From: Gammaproteobacteria bacterium
Lineage (GTDB): Bacteria > Pseudomonadota > Gammaproteobacteria > Eutrophobiales > Eutrophobiaceae
Length of the DNA stretch: 64,000 nucleotides
Assembly (NCBI GenBank): GCA_965221695.1
Contig: OZ244905.1
Span: 2,048,001-2,112,000, forward strand
Direction: 5' to 3'
Shown here: positions 27,943 to 37,476 of the stretch, in pieces
Layout of the letters: every line of letters starts with the position of its first letter
How positions within the stretch are numbered: the stretch's first letter is position 1
Position numbers and translations under genes: made by a program
Notes under the pieces: generated by a model
Databases searched by the model: none
Told to the model about the DNA's origin: nothing
The model's input: only the letters and a program-made list of their open reading frames with translations

Positions 27943-29268
27943 ATGCATTCTCATAAGCAGGATACCCGCGTATTAATAGACCGGGTCCTGAGCAGCTCTC
28001 GCAAGCTGGGCGCCGACGCTGCGGAAGCGGATATCAACACCGGCCGTGGCCTTTCGATCAACGTGCGCATGGGTCAGGTCGAGACCATTGAACACCAGCG
28101 TGACAAGGGCCTGGGATTAACGGTTTATATGGGCGGGCGCAAAGGCTCTGCCTCCACATCCGATTTCTCCGGCGAGGCGCTGGAGGCTACCGTCGATGCT
28201 GCCTGTACTATTGCCAGGCACGCCAGCCACGATGATTGCGCAGGTCTGATCGACCCCGAATACCTGGCAACGAACGTCCCGAATCTCGACTTGTACCACA
28301 ACTGGGAAATTACCCCCCAGGAGGCAATCGAACTTGCCACGGAATGCGAGACCACGGCGCGCCAGGTGGATAGGCGGCTGACCAACTCCGACGGCGCGGC
28401 GGTGGGAACTTACAGCGGTTCATACCTCTACGGCAATACGCACGGATTCATCAACGGTTGGGACTGGTCCTCCCACAATATCGACTGCACCGTAATTGCC
28501 GAAGAAAACGGCAGAATGCAACGCGACGGCTGGCATACCAAGGCCCGCGACCCGCACTCGCTGGAAAGTGTTGAACACGTAGGCCAGGAAGCCGCCCGCC
28601 GCACGTTGTCCCGATTAAACGCAAAGAAACTGACCACCCGCAGCGCGCCCGTAATCTTCGAGGCGCCGGTCGCCCGCGGGCTGTTCTCCGCGTTCATCGG
28701 CGCGATCTCCGGCGGCGCCCTGTATCGGCGCGCCTCATTCCTGCTGGATAAGCTGGGTGAACAGGTATTCGCCCCGCAGATACAGCTCGAGGAACAACCG
28801 CATCTGCCCAAGCAGTTGGGCAGCGCGCCGTTCGATGATGACGGCATGGCCACCCGGCGCAAACATCTGGTCAGGGATGGCGTCCTGGAGAGCTATGTAC
28901 TGGGCGCGTATTCCGCACGCAAACTGGGCATGACACCCACCGGCAACGGCGGCGGCGTGCATAATCTCGTAGCGCAAACCGGCGAACAGGACTTAGATGC
29001 GCTGATCAGGCAAATGGACACCGGCCTGCTGATCACCGACATGATCGGCTTCGGCGTAAACCAGGTCACCGGCGATTATTCCCGCGGCGCATCAGGCTTC
29101 TGGGTAGAGCAAGGCGAAATCCAGTACCCGGTAGAGGAAATAACCGTAGCCGCCAATTTAAAGGACATGTTTCAGCACATCGTCAACATCGCCAACGATG
29201 TCGATACCCGCGGCAACATCAAAACCGGCTCTGTGCTCATCGAGAACATGACTATTGCGGGGGAGTAG
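27943..29268 (+). CDS. pmbA: Metalloprotease PmbA/TldE
   Basis: SAPFDDDG, TGNGGG, GVNQVTGDYSRGASGFW, MTIAGE. Confidence 0.95.
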   Translation: MHSHKQDTRVLIDRVLSSSRKLGADAAEADINTGRGLSINVRMGQVETIEHQRDKGLGLTVYMGGRKGSASTSDFSGEALEATVDAACTIARHASHDDCAGLIDPEYLATNVPNLDLYHNWEITPQEAIELATECETTARQVDRRLTNSDGAAVGTYSGSYLYGNTHGFINGWDWSSHNIDCTVIAEENGRMQRDGWHTKARDPHSLESVEHVGQEAARRTLSRLNAKKLTTRSAPVIFEAPVARGLFSAFIGAISGGALYRRASFLLDKLGEQVFAPQIQLEEQPHLPKQLGSAPFDDDGMATRRKHLVRDGVLESYVLGAYSARKLGMTPTGNGGGVHNLVAQTGEQDLDALIRQMDTGLLITDMIGFGVNQVTGDYSRGASGFWVEQGEIQYPVEEITVAANLKDMFQHIVNIANDVDTRGNIKTGSVLIENMTIAGE

Positions 29269-29556
29269 TACGATCGTTACGCTAGCCGGCTGAGTGTAGA
29301 ACCAGTATTGGCTAGACTATGTCGGTGAAATCTCCTTTCACCATCAAGTCTTGAACACCCCGGTCCCAGAACAGCATTTCAGCAACAGATCAGTTTATCC
29401 ATAATAGACTTATAGAAAAAAGTGCTCATAAAGACGTGCGATTTCGTTTATAAAAGTCATGATACTTATCTTTCAGTGGGATAGCAGGCATTTCATCTAC
29501 CTGTGGGCGAGACGCCAACGCTACTAAAGGCAGGCTTGGCGCCAAACCTTTGCTGC

Positions 29557-29979
29557 TCAGTAGTCACTGTTGCCAAAATGCTTGGCTAAAAATTGTTTAA
29601 ATTTCTTCTTGGTATGCTGAGAAGAAAACAGTCCGGTGACAATTTTTTGAAATTGATTATTATCAATCGGGTTTTTTTGAATAAACATGCCTTGTGAAAC
29701 ACCGTCCAAGAGTGTTTGGACAGTCTCGATACGCGCTTTTCCATAATCAATAAAGCTATCCTTTTTGATGAACTCATGTGTACCGGCTTTCAATATACAG
29801 GTTCGGTCAAAATGAGATTGCGATTTTACTGTACTGGTAGATACCAACAACACCTCGCCTTCTCCGGTATGCGGATCAGGATCGTTAAGAACGATAAACA
29901 GGTGGAAACGCCCAGGCTCGGAAGCAGGGCCGGAGGGTATAAGAAGAGTGGCCCGATGTCTGGGAATAAATAAAGTCAC
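29557..29979 (-). CDS. Hypothetical protein, candidate PemK/MazF-like toxin paired with Panacea
   Basis: GTGA overlap with upstream gene; HLFIVL...LLVS.ST...TCILKAGTHEFIKKDSFIDY; low GC. Confidence 0.6.
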   Translation of the reverse strand: MTLFIPRHRATLLIPSGPASEPGRFHLFIVLNDPDPHTGEGEVLLVSTSTVKSQSHFDRTCILKAGTHEFIKKDSFIDYGKARIETVQTLLDGVSQGMFIQKNPIDNNQFQKIVTGLFSSQHTKKKFKQFLAKHFGNSDY

Positions 29980-30530
29980 AAACGATTGAAGACCGCATCT
30001 ATATGCCGATGGTCATCAAAGTCCGCTTGTAATTCGGTTATGGCCTCTGTTGAGTAACCTAATGCTTTGTATAAGTCTTCTTTTGTTATCGGGTTTGCCG
30101 AACCTTCGGGGTCTTGCCATTCCGGGCAGTTGGAATGCGTCCAATCTCGAATTTGCCAACGAGTCATACAGCCGAATTGTTGCCAGACTGCGTCGAGAAT
30201 CTCCAGGTCAGCGCTGCTCAGTTCATCCAGGTCGTCAATTTCCGGATTGCCGCGCAGAGAAACCTCGTGATCAGCTTTGGCAGATATCCAATGTTCCCAT
30301 CCTCCGGTGATTGAATGACAGTTACCATCAATATGATCCAATGTTCTGGACAAAACGGGACCATGGGGCATCGCTACAATGTTATCTTCCGAAATAGATC
30401 GGCCATAACGTTTGACCGCCTCACGGTCAGCCAGATACAGCAACTTCATGAGTTTTAAATGGGACATCTGACCGCCACGCCGCATCAACATAAAGGCAGC
30501 CATTTGTGCGACTCTACGTTCGCTGTACAC
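29976..30530 (-). CDS. Panacea (SocA/DUF4065) domain antitoxin
   Basis: LKLMKLLYLAD, AMPHGPV, WTH..PEW; GTG start with AGGAGG RBS. Confidence 0.88.
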   Translation of the reverse strand: MYSERRVAQMAAFMLMRRGGQMSHLKLMKLLYLADREAVKRYGRSISEDNIVAMPHGPVLSRTLDHIDGNCHSITGGWEHWISAKADHEVSLRGNPEIDDLDELSSADLEILDAVWQQFGCMTRWQIRDWTHSNCPEWQDPEGSANPITKEDLYKALGYSTEAITELQADFDDHRHIDAVFNRL

Positions 30531-30930
30531 TGATATCCTCCTAATTGATTGTGTTGGTTACTTCAAGTACACAGTTGCTAAACCAATGTATCGAAGAATA
30601 TAAGGAACGATTGAGTTATGCAATGTATTTGCATACATCAATGCGCCGAGAGGTTGGCAGCTTTGTCTTGAAATATGAAATTTGAGTTTCCCAAATCATG
30701 CAACCAGCCAAAGAGATTGAGATACCTGCTTAAGCAATTTTTTTGTTTGAACTCCGACATGGGAATTCAATCTGGCAGAGTCACCGAGGAAGAAGTCGCT
30801 TTTGAGGTTTTACAAATTACAGTATCGGCTCCGGATAGCATTGCCACATTTGAATTGTGTCGTCCAGAAACCGAAAGCCGCGTTCAGCGACATCGCGTCA
30901 CTATCAGATATCCGAACCAACGCCACCAGG

Positions 30931-32166
30931 TTAATCTGTCGCCCACAAAGTAGAGATTGGCGCGGCAATAATTTGCTCTCCCAGTGGGTAAACGGCAGGG
31001 CCTGAATGCAATATGACCCCGGCAGTGAAGCGTTCTCCCAGGTTATCCCGTAGCCACTCCAGATGACGCGCATCACCGGCGGACGGCGCGCTGTCAGCCT
31101 TGATTTCAATCCCGACAACTTGCCGACCGCGTAGTTCAGCCACGATGTCAATTTCATTTCGGCCCTGTTCTGTGCGCAAATGGTAAAGTCTGGGTCGGGT
31201 GGTCGCCACCGTGGCTTCGGCCCGGAGTTGGGCTGTGACAAATGTGTCCAGGAGACGTCCCATCAAATCGCCGTCTCGCAATACAGCCTGCGTATCAACA
31301 GCTAAAATCCCGCCCAACAATGCCGGGTCAATCAAGTGCCGCTTTGGTGACAGTACAAGTCGCTTCAGACGGTTTGATGTCCATGCAGGCAGTTCATCAA
31401 TCACCATCAGGTTGGCCAACAGTCTTTTATATTCCAACGCGGTTTTGCGGTTGATCCCGGCCGCGTCATAAATGGTTTTATGTTCGGCGAGGCCGGCGGA
31501 ATTCAACGCATACGCTTCAAAGTATCGCCGCAGTCGTACCGGGTCGCGACCTTCGCTATCGGCTTGTGCATCGCGGGTTAATAATTGTTCAACATAACTT
31601 TCCAACCAGCGTTCCCTGGCAAAATCGGACAACGCAAGAGACGCTTCGGGAAATCCGCCTCGCAATGCCAGATCAATATAACCGGGTAGGTCAGGCGTAT
31701 CAGGAGCGGCCATCAGTTCTTCGCCCATAGCCAAACGGTCGAGTATCGGGCGCGCAAGCTGGCCCGTTTGCTCGGCAACAGTCAACGGATACAACGGCAT
31801 TCGCACTACCCGGCCGGTGCCCGGCCAGGTTTCTGCCTCAAGATCAGCACGCACGGACCCGGTCAACAGGAACCGGCCAGGATGGCTGTCGGCATCTATC
31901 GCTCGTTTTACCGCGCCCAGTACCTCCGGCGCCGCCTGCCATTCGTCCAACAGAACCGGCTCCCGCAAGTCGCGCAACGCCGCATCAGGATCAGCATGAA
32001 AGGCAGCAGCCTCAGCGGGACGATCAAGATGAACAACCGTGTCCGCATGTCTGGCCGCGGTAGTCGTTTTTCCTGTTGCCCGTGGACCAACGATCAGCAA
32101 GGACGGCAGCTCTGCCAACAGTTCTGCCAGTTGCGAGTCGATCAACCGGGTTCGATACTCATTCAT
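30931..32166 (-). CDS. AAA_14 ATPase with DUF4143 (PD-(D/E)xK-like) domain
   Basis: GPRATGKTT, LLDEWQ, FLLTGS, RGGFPE, EIDIV...IEIK. Confidence 0.9.
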   Translation of the reverse strand: MNEYRTRLIDSQLAELLAELPSLLIVGPRATGKTTTAARHADTVVHLDRPAEAAAFHADPDAALRDLREPVLLDEWQAAPEVLGAVKRAIDADSHPGRFLLTGSVRADLEAETWPGTGRVVRMPLYPLTVAEQTGQLARPILDRLAMGEELMAAPDTPDLPGYIDLALRGGFPEASLALSDFARERWLESYVEQLLTRDAQADSEGRDPVRLRRYFEAYALNSAGLAEHKTIYDAAGINRKTALEYKRLLANLMVIDELPAWTSNRLKRLVLSPKRHLIDPALLGGILAVDTQAVLRDGDLMGRLLDTFVTAQLRAEATVATTRPRLYHLRTEQGRNEIDIVAELRGRQVVGIEIKADSAPSAGDARHLEWLRDNLGERFTAGVILHSGPAVYPLGEQIIAAPISTLWATD

Positions 32167-32178
32167 TACGGCCTATAA

Positions 32179-32234
32179 TACCGTTTTCACGCGCTGTTGA
32201 ATACCGTTTTCCCACACCCTTGAGTACCGTTTTC
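32179..32234. repeat. Three TACCGTTTTC direct repeats with 23-bp period
   Basis: Copies at 32179, 32202, 32225, immediately upstream of the ATPase start. Confidence 0.8.
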
Positions 32235-32268
32235 ACGCGAACGCTGATAAGCGCCTTATAAGCAATTT

Positions 32269-34023
32269 CTAGACTGGCTTGTCGCGCTCTTTCTCCCCGG
32301 CATACAAACGGGAATACATCCCGCCTTGAACGATTAGCTGCGAATGCGTGCCGGCTTCTACCAGTCTGCCGTTGTCGAGGACGGCTATCTGGTCCGCATT
32401 CTCAATTGCGCTCAGGCGGTGGGCAATGACAATACAGGTTTTGTTCTCGCGGATGGATTCCAGCGCCTGTTGGATGCTGCGCTCGGATTCCGTATCCAGG
32501 GCGGCGGTGGCCTCGTCCAGGATCAGGATGGGCGCGTCTTTCAACAGCGCCCGGGCCAGGGCGATGCGCTGCCGCTGCCCGCCCGACAAGCGCGAACCGT
32601 CATTGCCGATGACCGTATCGAACCCGTCTTCCAGGGCTTCGATGAATCCCAGGGCATCGGCCAGGCGGGCGGCTTCCCTGACCCGTTCCGGCGGCGCGCC
32701 CCGGTTGCCGCCATAGGCGATGTTATTGAACACGGTATCGTTGAACAGAACCACATGCTGGCTGACCAGGGCAATATTCTCCCGCAGCGCGGCCGGGGAA
32801 AGATCGCGTATGTCATGTCCGTCCACCCGGATCTCGCCGCTGGTCATATCATAAAACCGGGCGATTAGGTCCACGAGGGAGGTCTTGCCGCTGCCGGAAG
32901 GGCCGGCGATAGCGAGCATCTGTCCCGGCCGGGCCGTGACCGATATGTCCTGCAATACCGGCGCGTTTGCCGCGTCATAGGCAAAACCCAGATCGCGTAT
33001 TTCGATGTGCCCGGTCAGCGCCGCGGCGGTCTTGCCTGTGTCGGGTTCCGCTTCCTGGTCAATAAAGGCAAACACACTCTCACTGGCCGTCAGGCCTTTT
33101 TGCAAGTCCTCGTTGATGCGCGCCAGCCGCCGTAACGGGCTTAACAACATCAACAACGCGGCAAAAAAAGAATTGAATTCAGCCACGGATATCCGCTCGG
33201 CGCCCGCTTGTGCCGCAGCCGCGTAAACGATGACTCCCAGCGCCAGCGCGGTAACCACGTTGATCGCCGGCACGCCTGCCGCTGAGGCTGCGACAAATTT
33301 CATGTGCATGCGACGGTTGGCATTGGCTGTATCGCTGAACTTCTCACCCTCCTGATCCTGGCCCGCAAAAACCTTGATGATCCTGTGCGCGGCGATGGCC
33401 TCGTTCAACACATGATGCAATTCGGACATGGAATCCTGCACGCGCTGGCTTAACCTGCGCAAACGCCGGCGCAACGCCAACAGCACTGACAGGATAACCG
33501 GCCCGGCCGTTAACGCGATCAGGGTCAGCAGCCAGTCGATATAAGCCATCCACGCCACCAGGCCGATGATGCTCAATGTCTCTCTGCCCAGGGTGGTTAT
33601 GACGTTGGTGGCCGCCTCTTTCAGTTGGGTCGCATCAAACGTGAACCGGGAGACCAGGCTGCCGGTGGTATGCCGATCCAGCGCCGCGCAAGGCAGTGAT
33701 TGCAGGCGGTTGAACATCTGCACGCGCAAGTCCATGACCAGCCGCTCCGCGACCCAGGCAAGCGCATAACGGCTGATATATGACGACACCGCGGCAACCA
33801 GGAAGACCAGGATGACAGGCAGCGCCACCCCGGTAACCAGGTCGATCTCGGTAGTCTGAAAAACCCCTTCGGTAATCCTCTTGAACAATGCGGCAATAGC
33901 CGGACTGGTCAGCGCCAGAACCACCAGGGCAATCACGGCAATCAGAAAAATCCTCAGATGGGGTCTTACATGGGCCAACAAGCGCAAATAAAGCGCGAGA
34001 TCAGTGGGTTTGTTTCGCTGCAT
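32269..34023 (-). CDS. msbA: Lipid A flippase-type ABC transporter
   Basis: TMD + NBD, GPSGSGKT, LSGGQRQR, LDEATAALD. Confidence 0.85.
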   Translation of the reverse strand: MQRNKPTDLALYLRLLAHVRPHLRIFLIAVIALVVLALTSPAIAALFKRITEGVFQTTEIDLVTGVALPVILVFLVAAVSSYISRYALAWVAERLVMDLRVQMFNRLQSLPCAALDRHTTGSLVSRFTFDATQLKEAATNVITTLGRETLSIIGLVAWMAYIDWLLTLIALTAGPVILSVLLALRRRLRRLSQRVQDSMSELHHVLNEAIAAHRIIKVFAGQDQEGEKFSDTANANRRMHMKFVAASAAGVPAINVVTALALGVIVYAAAAQAGAERISVAEFNSFFAALLMLLSPLRRLARINEDLQKGLTASESVFAFIDQEAEPDTGKTAAALTGHIEIRDLGFAYDAANAPVLQDISVTARPGQMLAIAGPSGSGKTSLVDLIARFYDMTSGEIRVDGHDIRDLSPAALRENIALVSQHVVLFNDTVFNNIAYGGNRGAPPERVREAARLADALGFIEALEDGFDTVIGNDGSRLSGGQRQRIALARALLKDAPILILDEATAALDTESERSIQQALESIRENKTCIVIAHRLSAIENADQIAVLDNGRLVEAGTHSQLIVQGGMYSRLYAGEKERDKPV

Positions 34024-34080
34024 GATGACAGAATGTAACAGAATTGGCCCTGGGCTAGATTATGGTTGCCATTAAGTACA

Positions 34081-34162
34081 GGAACCTCTGAGATTAAGTC
34101 CCAACGTTACAGGGATGAGCGCGCTCTGACAAGTCCTGGATGGACTTGTTCAGGGCTTTCTA
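34081..34162. mobile_element. Family A MITE
   Basis: GGAACCTCTGAGATTAAGTC...CTCTGACAAGTCCTGGATGGACTTGTTCAGGGCTTTC, reverse complement of 59837-59919. Confidence 0.8.
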
Positions 34163-34246
34163 TAAAATAACAGTGTCTGTTATCCTTGCGCCGCCTGTTC
34201 CCGGGCGCAAGCGTTGACCCACACACGCCATTTTGCAAGGGGGAGC

Positions 34247-35128
34247 ATGTCAAAAAAACATCCCATTATCGCAGTAACCGGCTCATCGGGGGCAGGGACA
34301 ACCAATATCAAAGAGGCGTTCGAGAAGATATTCAATCGCCAGGGCATCAACGCCGCGGTGATAGAAGGCGACAGCTACCACCGCTACAACCGGGAGGAAA
34401 TGGAACAACTCTCCCGCGAGGCGATGCGCAAAGGGAAGCACATCACCCACTTTGGACCGGAAGGCAACCTGTTACAGGAACTTGAAGCCAGCTTCAGGGA
34501 GTACGCCGAGCACGGCGCCGGCAAGCAGCGTCATTATATCCACAACGACGCAGAAGCTGCCCGCCATGGCGGCGCTCCAGGCACGCTGACGCCGTGGAAA
34601 CCGCTGCCGGATAATACGGATTTAATGCTGTACGAGGGACTGCACGGCGGCTTGATCACCGACCAGGTTAACATCGCCCAATATGTGGACGTGCTCATTG
34701 GCATCACGCCCATCATCAACCTGGAGTGGATCCAGAAAATCCAGCGGGACAAGGCCGTGCGCGGCTACAGCATTGAAGACGCAACCGGCATGATCCTGGA
34801 GCGCATGTATGATTATGTCCACTACATCACGCCGCAATTCTCCCGCACTGATATCAACCTGCAACGCGTTCCCACCATCGACACCGCCAACCCGTTCGGC
34901 GCGGTGCATATCCCATCAAGCGACGAAAGTTTTACCGTCATCCACGTGCGCAACCGGGAGAAACTGGCGGTCGATTTCCTGTACTTGCTCGATATGCTGC
35001 ATGGCTCTTTCATGTCCACGCCGTACACGATCGTGATCCCCGCCGGCAAAACCAACTTTGCCATCCAGTTGATCATCGAACCGCTGATCAAACGCATCAT
35101 GGCCGTGAAGGAAACAGCGGAAGATTGA
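34247..35128 (+). CDS. prkB: Phosphoribulokinase family protein
   Basis: KHPIIAVTGSSGAGTT, EGDSYHRY, YEGLHG, PIINLEWIQK. Confidence 0.93.
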   Translation: MSKKHPIIAVTGSSGAGTTNIKEAFEKIFNRQGINAAVIEGDSYHRYNREEMEQLSREAMRKGKHITHFGPEGNLLQELEASFREYAEHGAGKQRHYIHNDAEAARHGGAPGTLTPWKPLPDNTDLMLYEGLHGGLITDQVNIAQYVDVLIGITPIINLEWIQKIQRDKAVRGYSIEDATGMILERMYDYVHYITPQFSRTDINLQRVPTIDTANPFGAVHIPSSDESFTVIHVRNREKLAVDFLYLLDMLHGSFMSTPYTIVIPAGKTNFAIQLIIEPLIKRIMAVKETAED

Positions 35129-35135
35129 GAGAGGA

Positions 35136-35172
35136 TTAAGGAAACTCTCAGATTACGTCAGAGCTTCCTTAA
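35136..35172. mobile_element. Minimal family A MITE flanked by TTAA
   Basis: TTAA-GGAAACTCTCAGATTACGTCAGAGCTTCC-TTAA. Confidence 0.7.
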
Positions 35173-35186
35173 CCGGAAAGGGTACA

Positions 35187-35505
35187 AGCCCGAAAATCTC
35201 ACCAATTGATGCGATGATCGCTGAGGATTTTTTGATGCGCCCCATCCGTGGGGCGCCCCCTTCGGGCATCCTTCGGATGTCCAAATCCGCTCCAGGCGGA
35301 TTTGTGCGTCAGTACGCGGGCGCTCGTGACCGAAAGCATAGTGGTTCTTCTGGTTGAGGGAACATGTGCCCGCTAACGCAAAAAAGACCAGCGAGGGCGC
35401 ATCAAGCGCAGTGTGTAATGGCAACATACTCGACAGATTACCATAACTCATTGACAGCAAACATCTATCCGATGCTGACAAGCGAATTGGTGAGATTTTC
35501 GGGCT
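35187..35505. mobile_element. MITE family C, 319 bp, perfect 21-bp terminal inverted repeats
   Basis: AGCCCGAAAATCTCACCAATT ... AATTGGTGAGATTTTCGGGCT. Confidence 0.85.
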
Positions 35506-35506
35506 G

Positions 35507-36328
35507 TCAGCCCTGATACTGCGCCAGCGCGCGTGTTGTGGCGGCCTCGTGTGTGCCGGTTGCGATATTCAGGCCCTGCTGGTAATACTTTACGGCCGCG
35601 GCGCGGTCGCCTTGCTCATCCAGCAGGATAGCCAGTTCCTGGTATGCGGCCGGGCTGGGTTGCAATTGCAGGCTTTGTTCAAAATAGCTTCTGGCCTTTC
35701 CCCACAGTTGATTTTTTTTGCACAAGCGTCCGAGCGCCAACAGCAGGTGCGGGTCCTCGGGGCGCCGGCGCAGATACTCCTCCGCAAATTCCTGTTGCTG
35801 CTTCGGGTTCTTGCCTTCGACCAGGCCGAACAGGCGCACCAGTTCCGGTTCCCATTCTCGCTTGAGCGCTTGCCGCAGTACCGCCTCGCAATCGCTCCCG
35901 CCGCCGAATCGAAGCCGCTCATTTACATAAGCCCCTATCAGCGCGCTCTTTTTTTTCAGCTTCCGTGGTGTCTTCCGCCACGCGCTTTGCAGCGCCTTGG
36001 AGTCTTGCGCGCTTCCGGCCTGGCGCAGTAACCCTGCATAGGACGACAGTTGTTCAGCTTCGGTCTCCGCTGCGGACATCCGGCTGTCGCGCCGGTGTTC
36101 GGACCAGCGGCGCAGGCCGGACGGGATTCTCAGCAACTTTTCCAGCGTACGTAACAACAGATAACCCAGCAACAACAGGATGATGAACGCGATCGCAAAT
36201 ACGACCAGGCTGGTCTGGATGATCCATCCTCTGAAGCTGAACACCACCTCGCCCGGCGCTTGTTGCAGCGCATACCCCAAAGCGACGGCCAACAGCAGCA
36301 CGCCGAGTAATGTGAACAATAACCTCAT
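35507..36328 (-). CDS. hemY: HemY-type TPR protein, internally shortened
   Basis: Position after hemX; N-terminal TMs with IQTSL; LLLALGRLC...LWGKAR; only 273 aa. Confidence 0.8.
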   Translation of the reverse strand: MRLLFTLLGVLLLAVALGYALQQAPGEVVFSFRGWIIQTSLVVFAIAFIILLLLGYLLLRTLEKLLRIPSGLRRWSEHRRDSRMSAAETEAEQLSSYAGLLRQAGSAQDSKALQSAWRKTPRKLKKKSALIGAYVNERLRFGGGSDCEAVLRQALKREWEPELVRLFGLVEGKNPKQQQEFAEEYLRRRPEDPHLLLALGRLCKKNQLWGKARSYFEQSLQLQPSPAAYQELAILLDEQGDRAAAVKYYQQGLNIATGTHEAATTRALAQYQG

Positions 36329-37476
36329 TACCGCGCTTCACCCGCGGCGGCCGGATTGCCCTGTTGCGCCAGGTACGCATCAAACGCATTCAATGTGGCA
36401 TTAATCGATGCTACCGGTCGCTCCAGATCGGCACTGGCTGCAGCGTCAAGAATTTCCAGCGCGTTGCGAACCCGATCATCGCCGGTATCAAAGAATTCAT
36501 TCAACCAATCCACGCCGGCGCTGGTGGATTCCCGGAGCTGGTCCCCGTCCCGGATTAACACCGCCAGGCGCGCCGCTTCCAGTTGCAGGCGCAGGTTTTG
36601 TTGCAGGAAGAAGCGCTCCCGGGGCGCAAGCAGCGCGACGGAACTCCGGTCGGTGCGGGATATTACGAGCAGCGATTTCAGTTCCTGCCACAGCGCGTGC
36701 GCGAGTTGGCGCCAGCGGCCTTCCGGCGCGACCGGGTCGACGGCCGGCACCGGCTCCTCTGCCGCGGAAGCGCTTAGATTGAGCGGCAGTTGTTCCACCC
36801 GTTCGGCCAGGTCGCCCAAGGCCAGGACAATACCCGTGATGTCTGTTCCGGCAAACGCTTCAAGCCGGTTGATATCGGCGATCAACTGTTCGCGCACGGG
36901 GATGAGCGTCGGGTCCGGGATTTCCTTCAACCCGGCATCCGCTGAGCGTAATATCGCCTGCACGGTATCAGTATCGCCGGCCAGCGCAAGTCGCTGCGCC
37001 GCGATCCGCAACAGGTACCTGATCTCTGCCAATTGCCAATCCACAGCGTCATGACTTTGACTCTGCGGTCTGTTGAGGTTGCGCAATATACCGCCAAGCT
37101 GTTCATCGATCCGGGCCAACCGGCTGTCACGCCGGCGCGCATTTTCCGTCAGTGACGCATGATCCTGTTGTAGCGCTTCCAGCCTGTCCTGCAGAAGCAA
37201 AATCTCAGCCTGTTGAGCTTCGCGGTGTTTGTTGATATCAAGAATATAATACCCGGATGCGACGGCGGCGCCGACAAGCAGGATAAAGAGCAACAAGGTA
37301 GTGAACCAGGACCTCCCGCCGGCGCTCCGCCTGTTCTGATCCACGGGTTCTGAAGTATCGGGCTGCTCAGCCGTATCGGACGCAGCAGCGTCCGTTACGT
37401 GCGCGTTCGCAGCAGTGTCTTCGGCGGTTTCTTCCAGGACTTTTTCCTGTGCCATGTCGTCACTCTTGTCGTTCAC
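36328..37476 (-). CDS. hemX: HemX family membrane protein
   Basis: WQLAEIRYLLRIAAQRL, LLAP...FLQQNLRLQL. Confidence 0.9.
   Translation of the reverse strand: MNDKSDDMAQEKVLEETAEDTAANAHVTDAAASDTAEQPDTSEPVDQNRRSAGGRSWFTTLLLFILLVGAAVASGYYILDINKHREAQQAEILLLQDRLEALQQDHASLTENARRRDSRLARIDEQLGGILRNLNRPQSQSHDAVDWQLAEIRYLLRIAAQRLALAGDTDTVQAILRSADAGLKEIPDPTLIPVREQLIADINRLEAFAGTDITGIVLALGDLAERVEQLPLNLSASAAEEPVPAVDPVAPEGRWRQLAHALWQELKSLLVISRTDRSSVALLAPRERFFLQQNLRLQLEAARLAVLIRDGDQLRESTSAGVDWLNEFFDTGDDRVRNALEILDAAASADLERPVASINATLNAFDAYLAQQGNPAAAGEAR

Noticed and set aside
30675-30953. 92 aa ORF between Panacea and the ATPase
   Set aside because: No motifs recognised; overlaps the ATPase end; possibly debris
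32269-34023. T1SS ABC exporter for the RTX protein
   Set aside because: MsbA-like, no C39/CLD domain and no adjacent HlyD-type gene
34247-35128. Evidence for Calvin-cycle autotrophy
   Set aside because: Stand-alone prkB homologues occur in heterotrophs such as E. coli; no RuBisCO or cbb genes here
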